A stretch of 64,000 nucleotides of DNA from a virus (lineage: Duplodnaviria > Heunggongvirae > Uroviricota > Caudoviricetes). The position numbers were made by a program, and so were the translations under genes. Of the stretch, positions 1 through 9,766 are shown piece after piece. Within the stretch, counting starts at the first letter, position 1. Every line of letters starts with the position of its first letter. The DNA is taken from IMG/VR virus record IMGVR_UViG_3300017971_000191; one strand, given 5' to 3'. Under the pieces are notes generated by a model, which was given only the letters and a program-made list of their open reading frames with translations, did no database searches and had not been told where the DNA came from.

Positions 1-331
1 AGGTCCGCAAGTCGGGGTCTCGTCTCACCAGCTCCTTGATGGCCCGGCTCTTGAGGTCGTGATTGCCGATCCCGCAACTCTTGACGAAGTTGCGGAAGGT
101 TGGGGTCAATGGGTTCCTGTAGAGGTCGTCGAGCTGCTCGCGCAGCCTTCTAAACGGCGGCCACCCTTCTCCCCGGCACTCCCGCAGCAACCGCTCTAGG
201 GAGCTGGCCGCAGTCGCAGCCCGCTTGTTGGCTGCGAGGATGCCGAAAAGCATGAACGCCTGCAACTGGGCAGTCGTCCGGTCGAAGTTCAGGATGTCGC
301 TCTTCTTCCTTGGGTCGAGGGTAACACTCAT
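1..331 (-). CDS. Hypothetical protein, possibly an HhH/Ogg-like DNA glycosylase; runs off the window edge
   Basis: Hand translation from ATG at 331: MSVTLDPRKKSDILNFDRTTAQLQAFMLFGILAANKRAATAASSLERLL...CGIGNHDLKSRAIKELV...DLRT. It resembles the N-terminal half of phage HhH glycosylase-like proteins; the catalytic part is not in the window. Confidence 0.35.
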   Translation of the reverse strand, partial: MSVTLDPRKKSDILNFDRTTAQLQAFMLFGILAANKRAATAASSLERLLRECRGEGWPPFRRLREQLDDLYRNPLTPTFRNFVKSCGIGNHDLKSRAIKELVRRDPDLRT

Positions 332-734
332 GCTCAATTTTCCATGAGTAAGGTTGTCGTACGCCCTCCACGACGTACGTTGAATGTGTCGTGCGTTGGG
401 TATGCCCGATGGCGAAGCGGAGGGCCCGGATCAGGTCTCCACCCGTCCAGATCCTCCGCTCGTTGGTGTGGGAGCCGTTGGGCTCGGCGACGACGACGTC
501 GATGGCCCCGATGGCGAGATAGCACATGGTACCTCCCGTGTATCGACTTGGACCATCCGCTGGCCCATCTGCAAGACCTCCTCACCGTCGACCTCCCGCA
601 GTTGGTAGACAAAAGTCGGTCCCTGGGGAGTCTCGGCGGCCTCACTGCTGATGACCTCCAGGAGTGTCCCTGCCAGCAGCTTCCGACGACTCAGGCTTAG
701 CCTGGGCCGCCGCAACACTCTTCGATCTCCTACG

Positions 735-1553
735 CTAAACTTCGGGCTTGGTGGCACTGATTCTCCTCCGAGACTTGTCGACGCAGCTCTTGCTGATGTC
801 AATGCCGATAAAGCGTCGACCGTGTTTCTTGCAGGCCACACCCGTCGAACCCGTACCGCACATGGGATCGAGCACCAAGTCTCCGGGATTGGTGGTGGCC
901 AGGATGATCCGCTCCATGATGGGAACCGGGATCTGATTGGGCGAGTGCTTCTCGCGCTCGTTGAACGTACCGCAGACCCGGCTCGCCAACCAGGTATCGC
1001 CGGCCGGGTCGAAGCCCTCTGGCATCAGCTCGGGAAAGATGGCCCAGGTGTTGTCGGGCAGCCGTCCTTTGGGGTTGGCCCGCTTGTCCTTGTACTTCAC
1101 CTGACGGGCCGAGGGGTGACGGATCGGCGCCGGGTTCCAAACGAACGGCTCCTCCGTGTCGACGTAGTAGAGGACGTGCGTGTGGGACGGCGTGAAGTTC
1201 TTTGCGTGATTCTGGCCGAACGTGTAGTACCAGATCACGTGGGACCGCTTGTGGAAGCCCCACAGTCCCTTGATCATCGTGTCGACCTCGGAGACGAGGC
1301 CGTCGTTGATGAAGACCCACAGGGCACCGCCCGCCCTCAACGTCTCCTGGGCGAGCTTGACCCGGTTCTCGAACCAGGCCAGGTACTCATGGACCTTCTT
1401 CTTGTCGTGGTAAGCCTCGTAGTCCTTCCCCATGTTGTACGGGGGGTCAACGACCACGGCGGCGACGTCGTCGGGAACCCTTTTGGGAATTACCCCCAGG
1501 CAGTCTCCCTTGAAGATACGGCATGTTGCCGCCTCCGGCGAGCGTCTTGGCAT
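735..1553 (-). CDS. N6-adenine/N4-cytosine DNA methyltransferase (beta class)
   Basis: GDCL, VVDPPYN (motif IV) near the N-terminus and VLDPMCGTGSTG (motif I) near the C-terminus, then RRFIGIDIS. Confidence 0.92.
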   Translation of the reverse strand: MPRRSPEAATCRIFKGDCLGVIPKRVPDDVAAVVVDPPYNMGKDYEAYHDKKKVHEYLAWFENRVKLAQETLRAGGALWVFINDGLVSEVDTMIKGLWGFHKRSHVIWYYTFGQNHAKNFTPSHTHVLYYVDTEEPFVWNPAPIRHPSARQVKYKDKRANPKGRLPDNTWAIFPELMPEGFDPAGDTWLASRVCGTFNEREKHSPNQIPVPIMERIILATTNPGDLVLDPMCGTGSTGVACKKHGRRFIGIDISKSCVDKSRRRISATKPEV

Positions 1554-2112
1554 CCGGAACCTTTCCTTCGTCAACGAGCTGCTTGATCGTCCGATCCGCA
1601 TACATCGTCGCTTCGCGAATCGGCTCGTACGAAACCAGCTCTGGCATGTTCTCGAATCGTGTCCAGAGGAACCGAGGAGGATCTGGCGCCGTCCACGGCA
1701 TCCCCGTCTCCTGACACATCTGTTTGAGATGGCCGGTCGAGAAGTCGACCAGCTCGGTGTCGGCCGGCTCCACGGGGCCGCGCTTCCGCGTGCCCAGCAG
1801 TCCCAACCAGACGTGCATCTCCGGCAAAGCTCCCATAGCCTCGGCGGCCTTGCTGAGCGCCCCCTCGGGGCTCCATACCATGGAGAAATGCGATGTCTGG
1901 CAGCCAGCGTCGTATTCCTCCCTGGTGACGCGGAGCCAGGAGACGCTGCCCGCCTGGAGGCAGGCCTGGAAACCCTGCTTGATTAGCTCGATCAGTCCGA
2001 AGTAGGCCCAGTACAGGCAGCGGCGCTCCTCCCCGGCCGCGTAGCGCTGGACTTTCTGGCGTACCGTGCGAAAGATCCGTCTCTGCACATTGGCACTGGC
2101 GAGCATATTCAT
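1447..2112 (-). CDS. Hypothetical protein, possible transglutaminase/papain-like Cys-His-Asp fold
   Basis: ATG at 2112 is coupled to the upstream stop; motifs RCLYWA, MHVWLG and LVDFST. Confidence 0.5.
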   Translation of the reverse strand: MNMLASANVQRRIFRTVRQKVQRYAAGEERRCLYWAYFGLIELIKQGFQACLQAGSVSWLRVTREEYDAGCQTSHFSMVWSPEGALSKAAEAMGALPEMHVWLGLLGTRKRGPVEPADTELVDFSTGHLKQMCQETGMPWTAPDPPRFLWTRFENMPELVSYEPIREATMYADRTIKQLVDEGKVPDAKTLAGGGNMPYLQGRLPGGNSQKGSRRRRRRGR

Positions 2113-2777
2113 TGGCTCCTGGTTCTCTTGAGGGCTTCGGCGATCAACATCGCCTCGGCCCGGTTGTGGTCCCCCACGCGGAACAAGGGTGCCCGCGGGA
2201 ACAGTCGTTGAGCGGTTAGTCTCGACCACTCCTTGTCCTTCTTCAGTAGATTCATTTTCCGCTTCCAAACCGCCGGAAGCAGTTCCTCGCACTCGATCCC
2301 CTTCTCCAACAGGAACAAGGGCCACATGAAGTAGCCCTTGCCCACGGAGAAGCCGGTGAGTCCGCTGTCGCTGGCCCTCGCCTGGCCCTGCTCCAGGGCC
2401 ACGACGATCTGGGAGGGCGACCAGGCCGAGCAGAGCATGTCGAAGATCCGCTTGCAACCGCCGATGTCGAACTTGGTCCGCTTGGCCTTGTTGCCCTTGG
2501 GAGTCTTCTTGCTCGTCTCCACCGTGACCGTGGGGATGTCCACCACGGTCGACTCGTTGTTGTCCTTGGGGTGCAGAAAGGCGATGGCGCCGTCCATCCC
2601 CGGGTCGATGCCGACGTAGAGCGGCTCGCGCCAGTGGCGGATCTCCTCCAGCGTATCCAGGAACCACTGGGTCCTGGTGAAAGCGTCGGCGATGTCGGCC
2701 TCGGAGATGGTGATCGGCTTCTGCTCTGGAGCTTCCTTCTCCGCCTTGGCCTTGGTCTGCCGCTTTTTCTTAGCCAT
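2109..2777 (-). CDS. RuvC-like Holliday junction resolvase
   Basis: YVGIDPGMDGAIA, VVALEQ, PAVWKRKM and HNRAEAMLIA acidic catalytic motifs. Confidence 0.85.
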   Translation of the reverse strand: MAKKKRQTKAKAEKEAPEQKPITISEADIADAFTRTQWFLDTLEEIRHWREPLYVGIDPGMDGAIAFLHPKDNNESTVVDIPTVTVETSKKTPKGNKAKRTKFDIGGCKRIFDMLCSAWSPSQIVVALEQGQARASDSGLTGFSVGKGYFMWPLFLLEKGIECEELLPAVWKRKMNLLKKDKEWSRLTAQRLFPRAPLFRVGDHNRAEAMLIAEALKRTRSQ

Positions 2778-3718
2778 CAGAGTACCCGTTGTCCTCGTTT
2801 CCTTCGCCTCGCAAGGACACCGGCGTTCCGCCGCTCCTCCTTGGCCTGGCGATGTCGTGATTTGGCCAGCTCCTGCTCGACCATCCGTCCCAGGGCCTCG
2901 GGGCTTGCCGTGGGGTCCTCTCCCGAGTTGTCGTGCCTAATGAGCTTCCGAAGCTCCTCCATCAGGAGGTACACCACGTAGGCGTCGAAGTCGGCCGTAT
3001 GGTGCTGGCTCATGTCGAGATCGTACTTCTCGACGAGCCCGTATTTCTCCACGCACAGATCGAGCCGCCAAAAGATACCTTTCGCCGGCGAGTTCGTCAC
3101 ACGACGGAAGTAGGTCGCCAGCGTGTCGCCGGTGCGGGGCAGCCAGGTGTCGTGACGTTCACGGATCTGGCGGTCCTCGCTGATGAGGCACTGGCTGGCC
3201 TTCTCCAGGCCGCCGGTGTCGAAGAGGTTGTTGGAGCCGAAGTCGAAGTCCTTGTTCAGGAAACCCTCGAACGCTCCTCTCAGCATGGGCACGTCGGCGT
3301 TGTAGCCGTTATGGGCGGCGAAGAAGCCCACACCATGTTTGATACGGTGGAAAAGGTCCAGATAGAACTGGAGGACCTTCTCCGGTGGACGCACGCCCTC
3401 CTCCTTCATCACCTCGTAGGTGATGCGGTGGTGATAGCCGGCCGCAGCGGCCCGCTTCTCGGAACGGCGGAGGGCTGCACGCAACCAGTGGTCCGGGACA
3501 ATGGGATGGTTGGTCCAATCCAGCACGAGCCCCAAGCGATCGACCATCATCCGGTTCTCGACCAGGACGTGGCCGATCTCCAGGATGAGGTCTTTCTCGG
3601 CGTTTCTCCCGGTGTACTCGCAGTCGAAGGCGAGATAGCTTTCCGGGAAGATGTGACCGAATCGTCTTGTGAAGTCGGCGGACCAGTGGTTGATGACCAT
3701 ACGAGTTGCTTCAATCAT
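2777..3718 (-). CDS. DEDDh 3'-5' exonuclease (DnaQ-like)
   Basis: Exo I LAFDCEYTG, Exo II AHNGYNADVPML, Exo III HHTADFDA. Confidence 0.85.
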   Translation of the reverse strand: MIEATRMVINHWSADFTRRFGHIFPESYLAFDCEYTGRNAEKDLILEIGHVLVENRMMVDRLGLVLDWTNHPIVPDHWLRAALRRSEKRAAAAGYHHRITYEVMKEEGVRPPEKVLQFYLDLFHRIKHGVGFFAAHNGYNADVPMLRGAFEGFLNKDFDFGSNNLFDTGGLEKASQCLISEDRQIRERHDTWLPRTGDTLATYFRRVTNSPAKGIFWRLDLCVEKYGLVEKYDLDMSQHHTADFDAYVVYLLMEELRKLIRHDNSGEDPTASPEALGRMVEQELAKSRHRQAKEERRNAGVLARRRKRGQRVL

Positions 3719-4274
3719 GGCCTAAGAGAGATCGCAGCGCGCTCCGGATGCGCCGCCGCCAACATGATAGCCGCCGTCTCCAACGTGGCTTAGCCAAGAA
3801 CGCGGCGCACTGTTTTCCCTGTTGAGCTAGGCCCGTCAGCGTCAATGCCGGGCCACTGCCAGCCAGGGTCGCCTCTCGAATCCCCGCGAAATGGAAACCG
3901 AGCGTCACCGTGCCCAGGGTCGCCATGATGGCAACTTGGGCAGCAGGCTTGCAACGGAACCACCCCGCCTTCTCCAGGGCCTCGGCCATGTCGGTTCGCA
4001 TCTCGTCCTTGGCGCTGGCCAGGAAGAGAGCGAAGGCCTCCACGGCCTGCCCCATCTCCTCGTCCGTCAGCTCGGCCGAGCTGATAACCTCTTCCAGTTC
4101 CGGCCAGAGCCGGTTCTGGAGGCGATTGAAGACGAGCTTCGCCACCTGCTCGAAGTTGTGAGCCACGTCCCGGTTGACATTGTACAGCCGGGGGTCGTTC
4201 TCACTCATTCTGGCTTGAAGCGAAGGCGGACTTTGGGGCAACGACGGGTCGCGGGGAACGAGAGGTTGATCCAC
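3711..4274 (-). CDS. Hypothetical protein
   Basis: 187-aa ORF tiled between its neighbours on the coding strand. Confidence 0.6.
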   Translation of the reverse strand: MDQPLVPRDPSLPQSPPSLQARMSENDPRLYNVNRDVAHNFEQVAKLVFNRLQNRLWPELEEVISSAELTDEEMGQAVEAFALFLASAKDEMRTDMAEALEKAGWFRCKPAAQVAIMATLGTVTLGFHFAGIREATLAGSGPALTLTGLAQQGKQCAAFLAKPRWRRRLSCWRRRIRSALRSLLGHD

Positions 4275-4283
4275 GGTTCTTCC

Positions 4284-4517
4284 TTACAATTTCTTCCGTG
4301 CAAGCCTTTCGGCCTGCTCAGCGGTCTCCTTGATGGGCTCGGTGATCTCGTCCGTGGCGTCCTCGACCTCCTTGAGGCCCTTCTTGAACTGCACGAACGA
4401 GGAGCCGACAGAGCGAGCCACCCCGGGGAGCCGGTTGCCAAACAGCAACACGGCAATGAACCCGATGATGATCAGCTCCACGGGTCCGGGCATCCCGATG
4501 AAACCTACTGGACACAT
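4284..4517 (-). CDS. tatA: Twin-arginine translocase TatA/TatE subunit
   Basis: GPVELIIIGFIAVLLFG-NRLPGVARSVGSSFVQFKKGL: TM helix, FG hinge and amphipathic helix; GGAGG RBS before ATG 4517. Confidence 0.9.
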   Translation of the reverse strand: MCPVGFIGMPGPVELIIIGFIAVLLFGNRLPGVARSVGSSFVQFKKGLKEVEDATDEITEPIKETAEQAERLARKKL

Positions 4518-5407
4518 CGAATGACACCTCCAATACGACTGGCGTGGGCCTCGACCCACGAGATCTCCTTCCTGAGCACCGGTACGGTATCCAGGAATAA
4601 GTCTACCATGGTGGCGGCGTGCGTCGAGGGGAATATCGCTTGGAAGCAGCTTTCGTGGTAGTCATGGTTGGCCACGGTATGGAACCGCTGCCCGGTCTCG
4701 ATGCGCTTCTGGCAGATGTTGCAGCTCGTGGTGAACTTGACGCAGTCCGAGCGGGTCCGTACCGGAGGCCGGGGACGGTAGTCCCGCTCCCAGAGCATCT
4801 CCTCGAACTCCATCTCGACCTGGTTGATGGCCCGAGGCCGGTCCTCATCCCTCAAGAACCTCGACGGGTGAGAGCGGTTGTCCCGGGGCCAGCGGAGTCG
4901 ACGGAGAGACAAACCCTCCCTGGTCCGGTCCAGCCGCTTGCTGATCTGCCGGCTATTGAGGGAGTAATCCGACAACATCTGGAGGATCGTCGGCACCTCG
5001 GCCCCGAAGGGGGCCCCGGAGAACCACCTCACCAGCTCGTCATCCTGGGGCACGACAGCCGCGATGTCCTTGGGGTCCACGAAGCGGAGAAACACAAGAT
5101 CTCTGCCCATGCCGATAGCCGCCACGACAAAATGGAGAGCCTTGAAACGCTCTCCCGTGCCATCCGTGGCCACCAGGCAGAGAGCCCGGGCCGGCGGGCA
5201 GGTGATCTCGGTCTTGTCTCTGCCGGGGCCGTTGTCGAGGAGCGTACGAAAGATAATCCAGTCGCCGGCATGGATGGTGGCCTGGCTCTGGCCGTCCCTT
5301 AGCGGGAAGTTGATCGAGATCGTGGAGCCGGTGTCCGGGATGGCCCGGTACTCGGGATGCTGACCCTTCCACCAGTTCAACGGGTCTAAGCCTCGTTTCC
5401 TAGTCAT
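4505..5407 (-). CDS. Hypothetical protein with C-terminal Zn-finger-like motif
   Basis: 300-aa ORF; CNIC...HESC. Confidence 0.6.
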   Translation of the reverse strand: MTRKRGLDPLNWWKGQHPEYRAIPDTGSTISINFPLRDGQSQATIHAGDWIIFRTLLDNGPGRDKTEITCPPARALCLVATDGTGERFKALHFVVAAIGMGRDLVFLRFVDPKDIAAVVPQDDELVRWFSGAPFGAEVPTILQMLSDYSLNSRQISKRLDRTREGLSLRRLRWPRDNRSHPSRFLRDEDRPRAINQVEMEFEEMLWERDYRPRPPVRTRSDCVKFTTSCNICQKRIETGQRFHTVANHDYHESCFQAIFPSTHAATMVDLFLDTVPVLRKEISWVEAHASRIGGVIRCVQ

Positions 5408-6389
5408 CGTCTTCCTCGTCGGGTTTTTTGACCTTCAGCTTCTTGCTGAGCTTGTCCCAGTGTAGGGAGGCCCGGAGAAGCTGATCGCGATAATGCCTCT
5501 CTTCCTCCAGACCCTTCTTCCACTTCTTCTCGTCGCGGAAGTGGTCGATGTTGTCCTGGATCAGAGTATTGAGTACGTCCGGCTCCAAGGCGTCCAGTTC
5601 CCAGCTCTCGTCGAGACCGGTCTGCGCCTGGTACTGCTTGAAGCGGCTGTCCGACTTCTTGGCAGGCTGGGGTGGCGGATTATACTGCTGGACCTGCTCG
5701 TAGGTGAGCGCGATCCGGTGGACGACGAAGACCCTGGCGCCACCCACATGGGGCTCCACCAGCTTCTTCAGCCGCTTGCCGATGTCCTCGGTCATGTTGA
5801 CCCCGGAGGGGTCGTGATCGCCGAGGTGGAGGATGACCGTTCCCTGCCCGTTCCCGTCCTTGACGTGGCTGACGATCCGCTGGGCAGCGGCCCACATCTC
5901 CGACATGGAGGTGTAGCCGCGGCAGGAGAAGTACGGAACGTCGTTTTTGGTGCAGACATCCTCGATGACGCCCAGGAGGGCGTCTTTCTCGATCCACACC
6001 TGGACCCGCACGTCCTGGCGAGCCCACAGATCGAGATTGAACCACCTGGAGGCCGTCTCGATGATGTCGGCCGGGCCGTCCCAGTGGGTGAGGCTCTGAA
6101 GATTACGGGTGCGATCGACCAGGTGCTTCCAGTCGATCAAGCCGGCCAGGCGACCCGTCACGAGGGTGGCGCCCAGCCGATTGTAGTTCTTCTCCGTATT
6201 CTTGGTGTTGGCGTCCTCGTCGAACCAGGACTGGGGGAACCAGTCGCGGGCGATGAATTGGTAGTACACCTGCCTCAAGGTCAACTCGTAACCCTGAGCG
6301 GCATACTCTTCCAGGATCTCGTTGGCCAGGTCGATGATCTCCATCCGATCTGGGCCGATCCTCTTGTGCTCGTAACGAAACTTGGGCAT
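5400..6389 (-). CDS. Topoisomerase VI-A/Spo11-like wHTH+TOPRIM protein
   Basis: LTLRQVYYQ, VWIEKDAL, RGYTS and ILHLGDHDPSG motifs. Confidence 0.8.
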   Translation of the reverse strand: MPKFRYEHKRIGPDRMEIIDLANEILEEYAAQGYELTLRQVYYQFIARDWFPQSWFDEDANTKNTEKNYNRLGATLVTGRLAGLIDWKHLVDRTRNLQSLTHWDGPADIIETASRWFNLDLWARQDVRVQVWIEKDALLGVIEDVCTKNDVPYFSCRGYTSMSEMWAAAQRIVSHVKDGNGQGTVILHLGDHDPSGVNMTEDIGKRLKKLVEPHVGGARVFVVHRIALTYEQVQQYNPPPQPAKKSDSRFKQYQAQTGLDESWELDALEPDVLNTLIQDNIDHFRDEKKWKKGLEEERHYRDQLLRASLHWDKLSKKLKVKKPDEEDDD

Positions 6390-6407
6390 CTCAAAACCGC
6401 TTTTGAG
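6390..6407. repeat. Intergenic 18-bp palindromic element, copy 1 (CTCAAAACCGCTTTTGAG)
   Basis: Lies between the upstream stop (6410-6412) and the ATG at 6389; six copies in the window. Confidence 0.9.
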
Positions 6408-6409
6408 GT

Positions 6410-6985
6410 TCAGAGCGGACCACGCTTTGGAAGCATGTGCTTCGGGTTTGGAAAGGCTCTGTCGAGCCACTCCTGGAGGCCTTGCTCGGCATCCGCGGCA
6501 TGCTCGTATGGCCCGAACAACTTGGGCTGCATCGTCGGGGCGGACGCAAGGGCAAACCAACTGCCCTTAGCCCGGTAGACGGTACGACCGATGTAGGTGT
6601 CCATCCGCATCACGCTGCCGAGGTCGCGGACCTCGCCACGATGGTACCTCTTGACCTCCCAGACGATCACTAGCGGATTCACGGCCTTGCAGTCCCCGAC
6701 GTTGTAGAAACGCACGTCCTTGTACGTCGAGGACTCGTTGATGGCCTGGAAGACGCACTCGCCAAAGGCGTTGTCGCCGAGGAAGATGTCTAGGTCCTTC
6801 TCCGTCTGGCCGCTCGACCAGGACAGGCCGGGGCGCATGCCGGGGCCCGTCATGATGACGTTGTGGTTGAAGGTGAGGGGGTAAGAGCGCTTGTGGCAGG
6901 ACACGAAGTCCCCACCCGTGACGGCAAAGACTTCGATCTCCAGCTCGTAATGGCTGGACTGGGGAAGTTCCCAAGGAGGAATCAT
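6410..6985 (-). CDS. Hypothetical protein
   Basis: ATG 6985 overlaps the upstream stop. Confidence 0.55.
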   Translation of the reverse strand: MIPPWELPQSSHYELEIEVFAVTGGDFVSCHKRSYPLTFNHNVIMTGPGMRPGLSWSSGQTEKDLDIFLGDNAFGECVFQAINESSTYKDVRFYNVGDCKAVNPLVIVWEVKRYHRGEVRDLGSVMRMDTYIGRTVYRAKGSWFALASAPTMQPKLFGPYEHAADAEQGLQEWLDRAFPNPKHMLPKRGPL

Positions 6986-7266
6986 GGTGACAGTTGGGCT
7001 CCTTTCAGTCGCTTCTTGTCGGCAGCCACAAGAGCTGTCCTCTCCTCGGCGGCATCCTTGGGTGCTTTCTTGAGCAGCTCCAGGAGATAGAAAGACGGGC
7101 CAAAGGGATGCTTGTTCCGCTCCTGCGCGGCTCGGATGCAACGATACATCGCAAGCGCGATCGCGGCATCTTCGTGTGTCACACCATGTCCTACCTGTTC
7201 CCGATGGGCAAAATTGAGGCTGCCCACCTCCGCTGCCGCAAGATCGCGGGCTCTGTTTATGCGCAT
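6982..7266 (-). CDS. Hypothetical protein
   Basis: 94-aa ORF with AAGGAG RBS. Confidence 0.55.
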   Translation of the reverse strand: MRINRARDLAAAEVGSLNFAHREQVGHGVTHEDAAIALAMYRCIRAAQERNKHPFGPSFYLLELLKKAPKDAAEERTALVAADKKRLKGAQLSP

Positions 7267-7299
7267 TTCTAGCGCTCCTTTGTGTCCGTTGCATGAACC

Positions 7300-8334
7300 T
7301 TACAGTGCACCCTCGAAGTATTCGTGCAGCTCATCCTCGTCGTCTTGAGGGGCCTTACGAGCATCTTCGAGATAGATCCCAGGCACGTCCACGCCGTTGC
7401 TGCCGGGGAGCACGACCTCCGGGGGCCGGTGGCCATGATACTCCAGCAGCTTGCGAAGCGTGTCGGGTTGATGCGGAGGATCGAAGGTGTACTCGCCGTC
7501 CACCTTGACCTTCTTGCAGTGCTCGTTGAGCACCACCTTGGAGCAGATCTCGTGCAGAGGCACGAAGGGAAGCTCGCGCTCCAAGATGTATTGAGTGATC
7601 GACCCGGGGCGGTTGTCCCGCTTTCGCGGCCTCCGCCACAAACCGTGAACCTTCTGGTTGTAAGGCTCAGCGACCAGCTCGATCAGAATGATCCTGGACC
7701 GGTCTTCCGGGTCCAGTTCGTCGACCTCGTGCTCCTTCTGGTTGGGGCAGAAATAGCAGGCCGATTTGCAAGGCACAGGCAGACCTACGGAGGCGATCTC
7801 CTCCTTGCAGTCTTCCAGGCCCATGCCCCACTCGATGAGCGGATGGTCGTATTCGTATCGCTCGGCGTCCTTGGAGCCGGCTCCCTTATGGGCCTTGTCG
7901 GCCGCCCGGGACTGCCGGTATTCCTCGTCGCAATCGAAACCGATCAGCTTGCGGACCTTGAGGCCCGCTTCCCAGGCACGCTGAGCAGGAACCCAGTGCC
8001 TGGTCCACTTGTTCTGCGGCTCCACCTTGAACTTCAGGGTGCAGGAGCCGCGGTTGAAGGTCGCCCCGGGTAACGTGGCGTTGAGCACCATGTTGCCTTC
8101 GAGGCTGAAGTACGGCGCCAGCTTGGGCGCGTACTGCACGATCGTCAGCGGGGGAAAGTCGACGCTCTTGAGCCACTCCCGGAAGACGGGAATGAACTCG
8201 TAGGTCTGCCGCTTCTCGGAGCCGACGTTCGCGAATAAGATGGCATCCGGCCGTTGCCCGAGCTTCCACATCCGAATCAGCATCGCCGTGGAGTCTCGGC
8301 CGACACCGTGAGCCACGACGATAGGTTGTTGCAT
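7300..8334 (-). CDS. PAPS-reductase-family/PP-loop adenine nucleotide alpha-hydrolase with Cys cluster (copy A)
   Basis: VVAHGVGRDSTAML PP-loop, FANVGSE, CTLKFKVEP, LIGFD..E, PLIEWG and KSACYFCP. Confidence 0.8.
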   Translation of the reverse strand: MQQPIVVAHGVGRDSTAMLIRMWKLGQRPDAILFANVGSEKRQTYEFIPVFREWLKSVDFPPLTIVQYAPKLAPYFSLEGNMVLNATLPGATFNRGSCTLKFKVEPQNKWTRHWVPAQRAWEAGLKVRKLIGFDCDEEYRQSRAADKAHKGAGSKDAERYEYDHPLIEWGMGLEDCKEEIASVGLPVPCKSACYFCPNQKEHEVDELDPEDRSRIILIELVAEPYNQKVHGLWRRPRKRDNRPGSITQYILERELPFVPLHEICSKVVLNEHCKKVKVDGEYTFDPPHQPDTLRKLLEYHGHRPPEVVLPGSNGVDVPGIYLEDARKAPQDDEDELHEYFEGAL

Positions 8335-8344
8335 TGACTGCTCC

Positions 8345-9031
8345 TTAGTCCTCGTCGTCTTCTTCTCCGACGATTGCCCGGCACTTGTCCAGGTATTCCT
8401 CAAACTCCTTTGCGTTCTTCATCGGAACGTCGAATCCGCAGGCGTCGAGGCAGGCATCGAGCCAGATGTTCTCACCGGAGTTCAGCGTGATCCCGGTACC
8501 GCGCTCCTTGTCGATCCAGACGGTAATGAGCCCCTTAGGTTCTCCCGCGATAAGCTGGGGAACCAAGGCTTTCCCGGCCAACAAGAACTGCTGTTCCAGC
8601 CCGTCCGCAGTCGAATTGCAAAGCGTGTCCACGGAGATCCGGAACGGTTCCAAGACCTTTTCCCACCCGCAATCGCCGCCCCGGACAACGAGCTGCTTCT
8701 CGTCGCGATCGTAGTAGCAGAGCCACTGCTCTCCGTACTTGTTCTCGAAGTAGCTCTTCCAGTATCTCGGCGAATCGAAATCGGCCGGCAGTTCGGGCGG
8801 AGGACCCGAGTCCTCACACTGGTGGTTATTGACGCTGAAAAGGATACTCACGTTTGTTCTCCTTACACATATCATGGGGTTTCGCTGCCTTGGGAAAACG
8901 GTAGACGAAAAACTTGGCCAAAGAGTAGGCAGGACGAACCCGGAGGATGCGACGACCATGCGTTCGCAAGATCTTCCGGGCCGCCTCAATGGAGTCCTCG
9001 GCCTCGACGTCGCCGTGCTGTGTCCAGCCAC
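8345..9031 (-). CDS. Hypothetical protein (true start probably near 8875)
   Basis: ORF tiling; SYFENKYGEQW motif. Confidence 0.5.
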   Translation of the reverse strand: MAGHSTATSRPRTPLRRPGRSCERMVVASSGFVLPTLWPSFSSTVFPRQRNPMICVRRTNVSILFSVNNHQCEDSGPPPELPADFDSPRYWKSYFENKYGEQWLCYYDRDEKQLVVRGGDCGWEKVLEPFRISVDTLCNSTADGLEQQFLLAGKALVPQLIAGEPKGLITVWIDKERGTGITLNSGENIWLDACLDACGFDVPMKNAKEFEEYLDKCRAIVGEEDDED

Positions 9032-9070
9032 GGCCGCATTTGCTCTGTACCTCGAACTTCATGGATGCTC

Positions 9071-9766
9071 CTAGAGCTGCGAAAGGGGCACACCCCCAAT
9101 CTTGCTGTCGAGAAGATACTCCAATGCCGGCTGATAGAGTACCTCCCGCATCTGCTGGGTCCACTCGTCGTCCGGGTCCAACTCATCGACTAGCTTGCGG
9201 CAGCGCAGCAAGGCCTTCCTGGCATACCGCTTGAACGACGGAGCCTTCGGAAGAGGAACAAGTCTCTGAGTGGGAGACAGGATCTCGGTCGTGTTACCGG
9301 TGATCGGGTCCTCGACCTCGTCGACCACTTTGAACATCCCAGCCTTGTGCAACTCGCTCACCCGAGGAGCATACGTGGTGCCGTAGTCCTCCCAACGCCG
9401 GCGGACATCTACGATGCTGATGCCCCCGGAAAACGGAAACCACTGGACCTGCTCCGTCTTCGGATTTTGCCACTTGAAAGCGGAACCTTCCTGCGAAGCC
9501 CACATGGCAAACGCATACACCCTGGCAGCGATCGACATGTGATCCTCCTTAGGCAACACCGCCTCCGGGGGACCGGGCTCCGGCTCCCAATCGGCCTGAT
9601 AGGTCTCGAACTTCGTGCTGATCCCGTACGTTCGGATGTAGGTCAGCGCGTGCCACCAGTTGTCGGGCACTTCCTGCGCCCAGTTGTTGGGCTTCCGGTA
9701 CAAAGGATGATCGGCCCTCGTTGGCCGCCAGACGCCTTTAATAAGCTCTCCCATCTCAATCCTCAC
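9071..9766 (-). CDS. Hypothetical protein
   Basis: 231-aa ORF coupled to the upstream gene. Confidence 0.55.
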   Translation of the reverse strand: MRIEMGELIKGVWRPTRADHPLYRKPNNWAQEVPDNWWHALTYIRTYGISTKFETYQADWEPEPGPPEAVLPKEDHMSIAARVYAFAMWASQEGSAFKWQNPKTEQVQWFPFSGGISIVDVRRRWEDYGTTYAPRVSELHKAGMFKVVDEVEDPITGNTTEILSPTQRLVPLPKAPSFKRYARKALLRCRKLVDELDPDDEWTQQMREVLYQPALEYLLDSKIGGVPLSQL

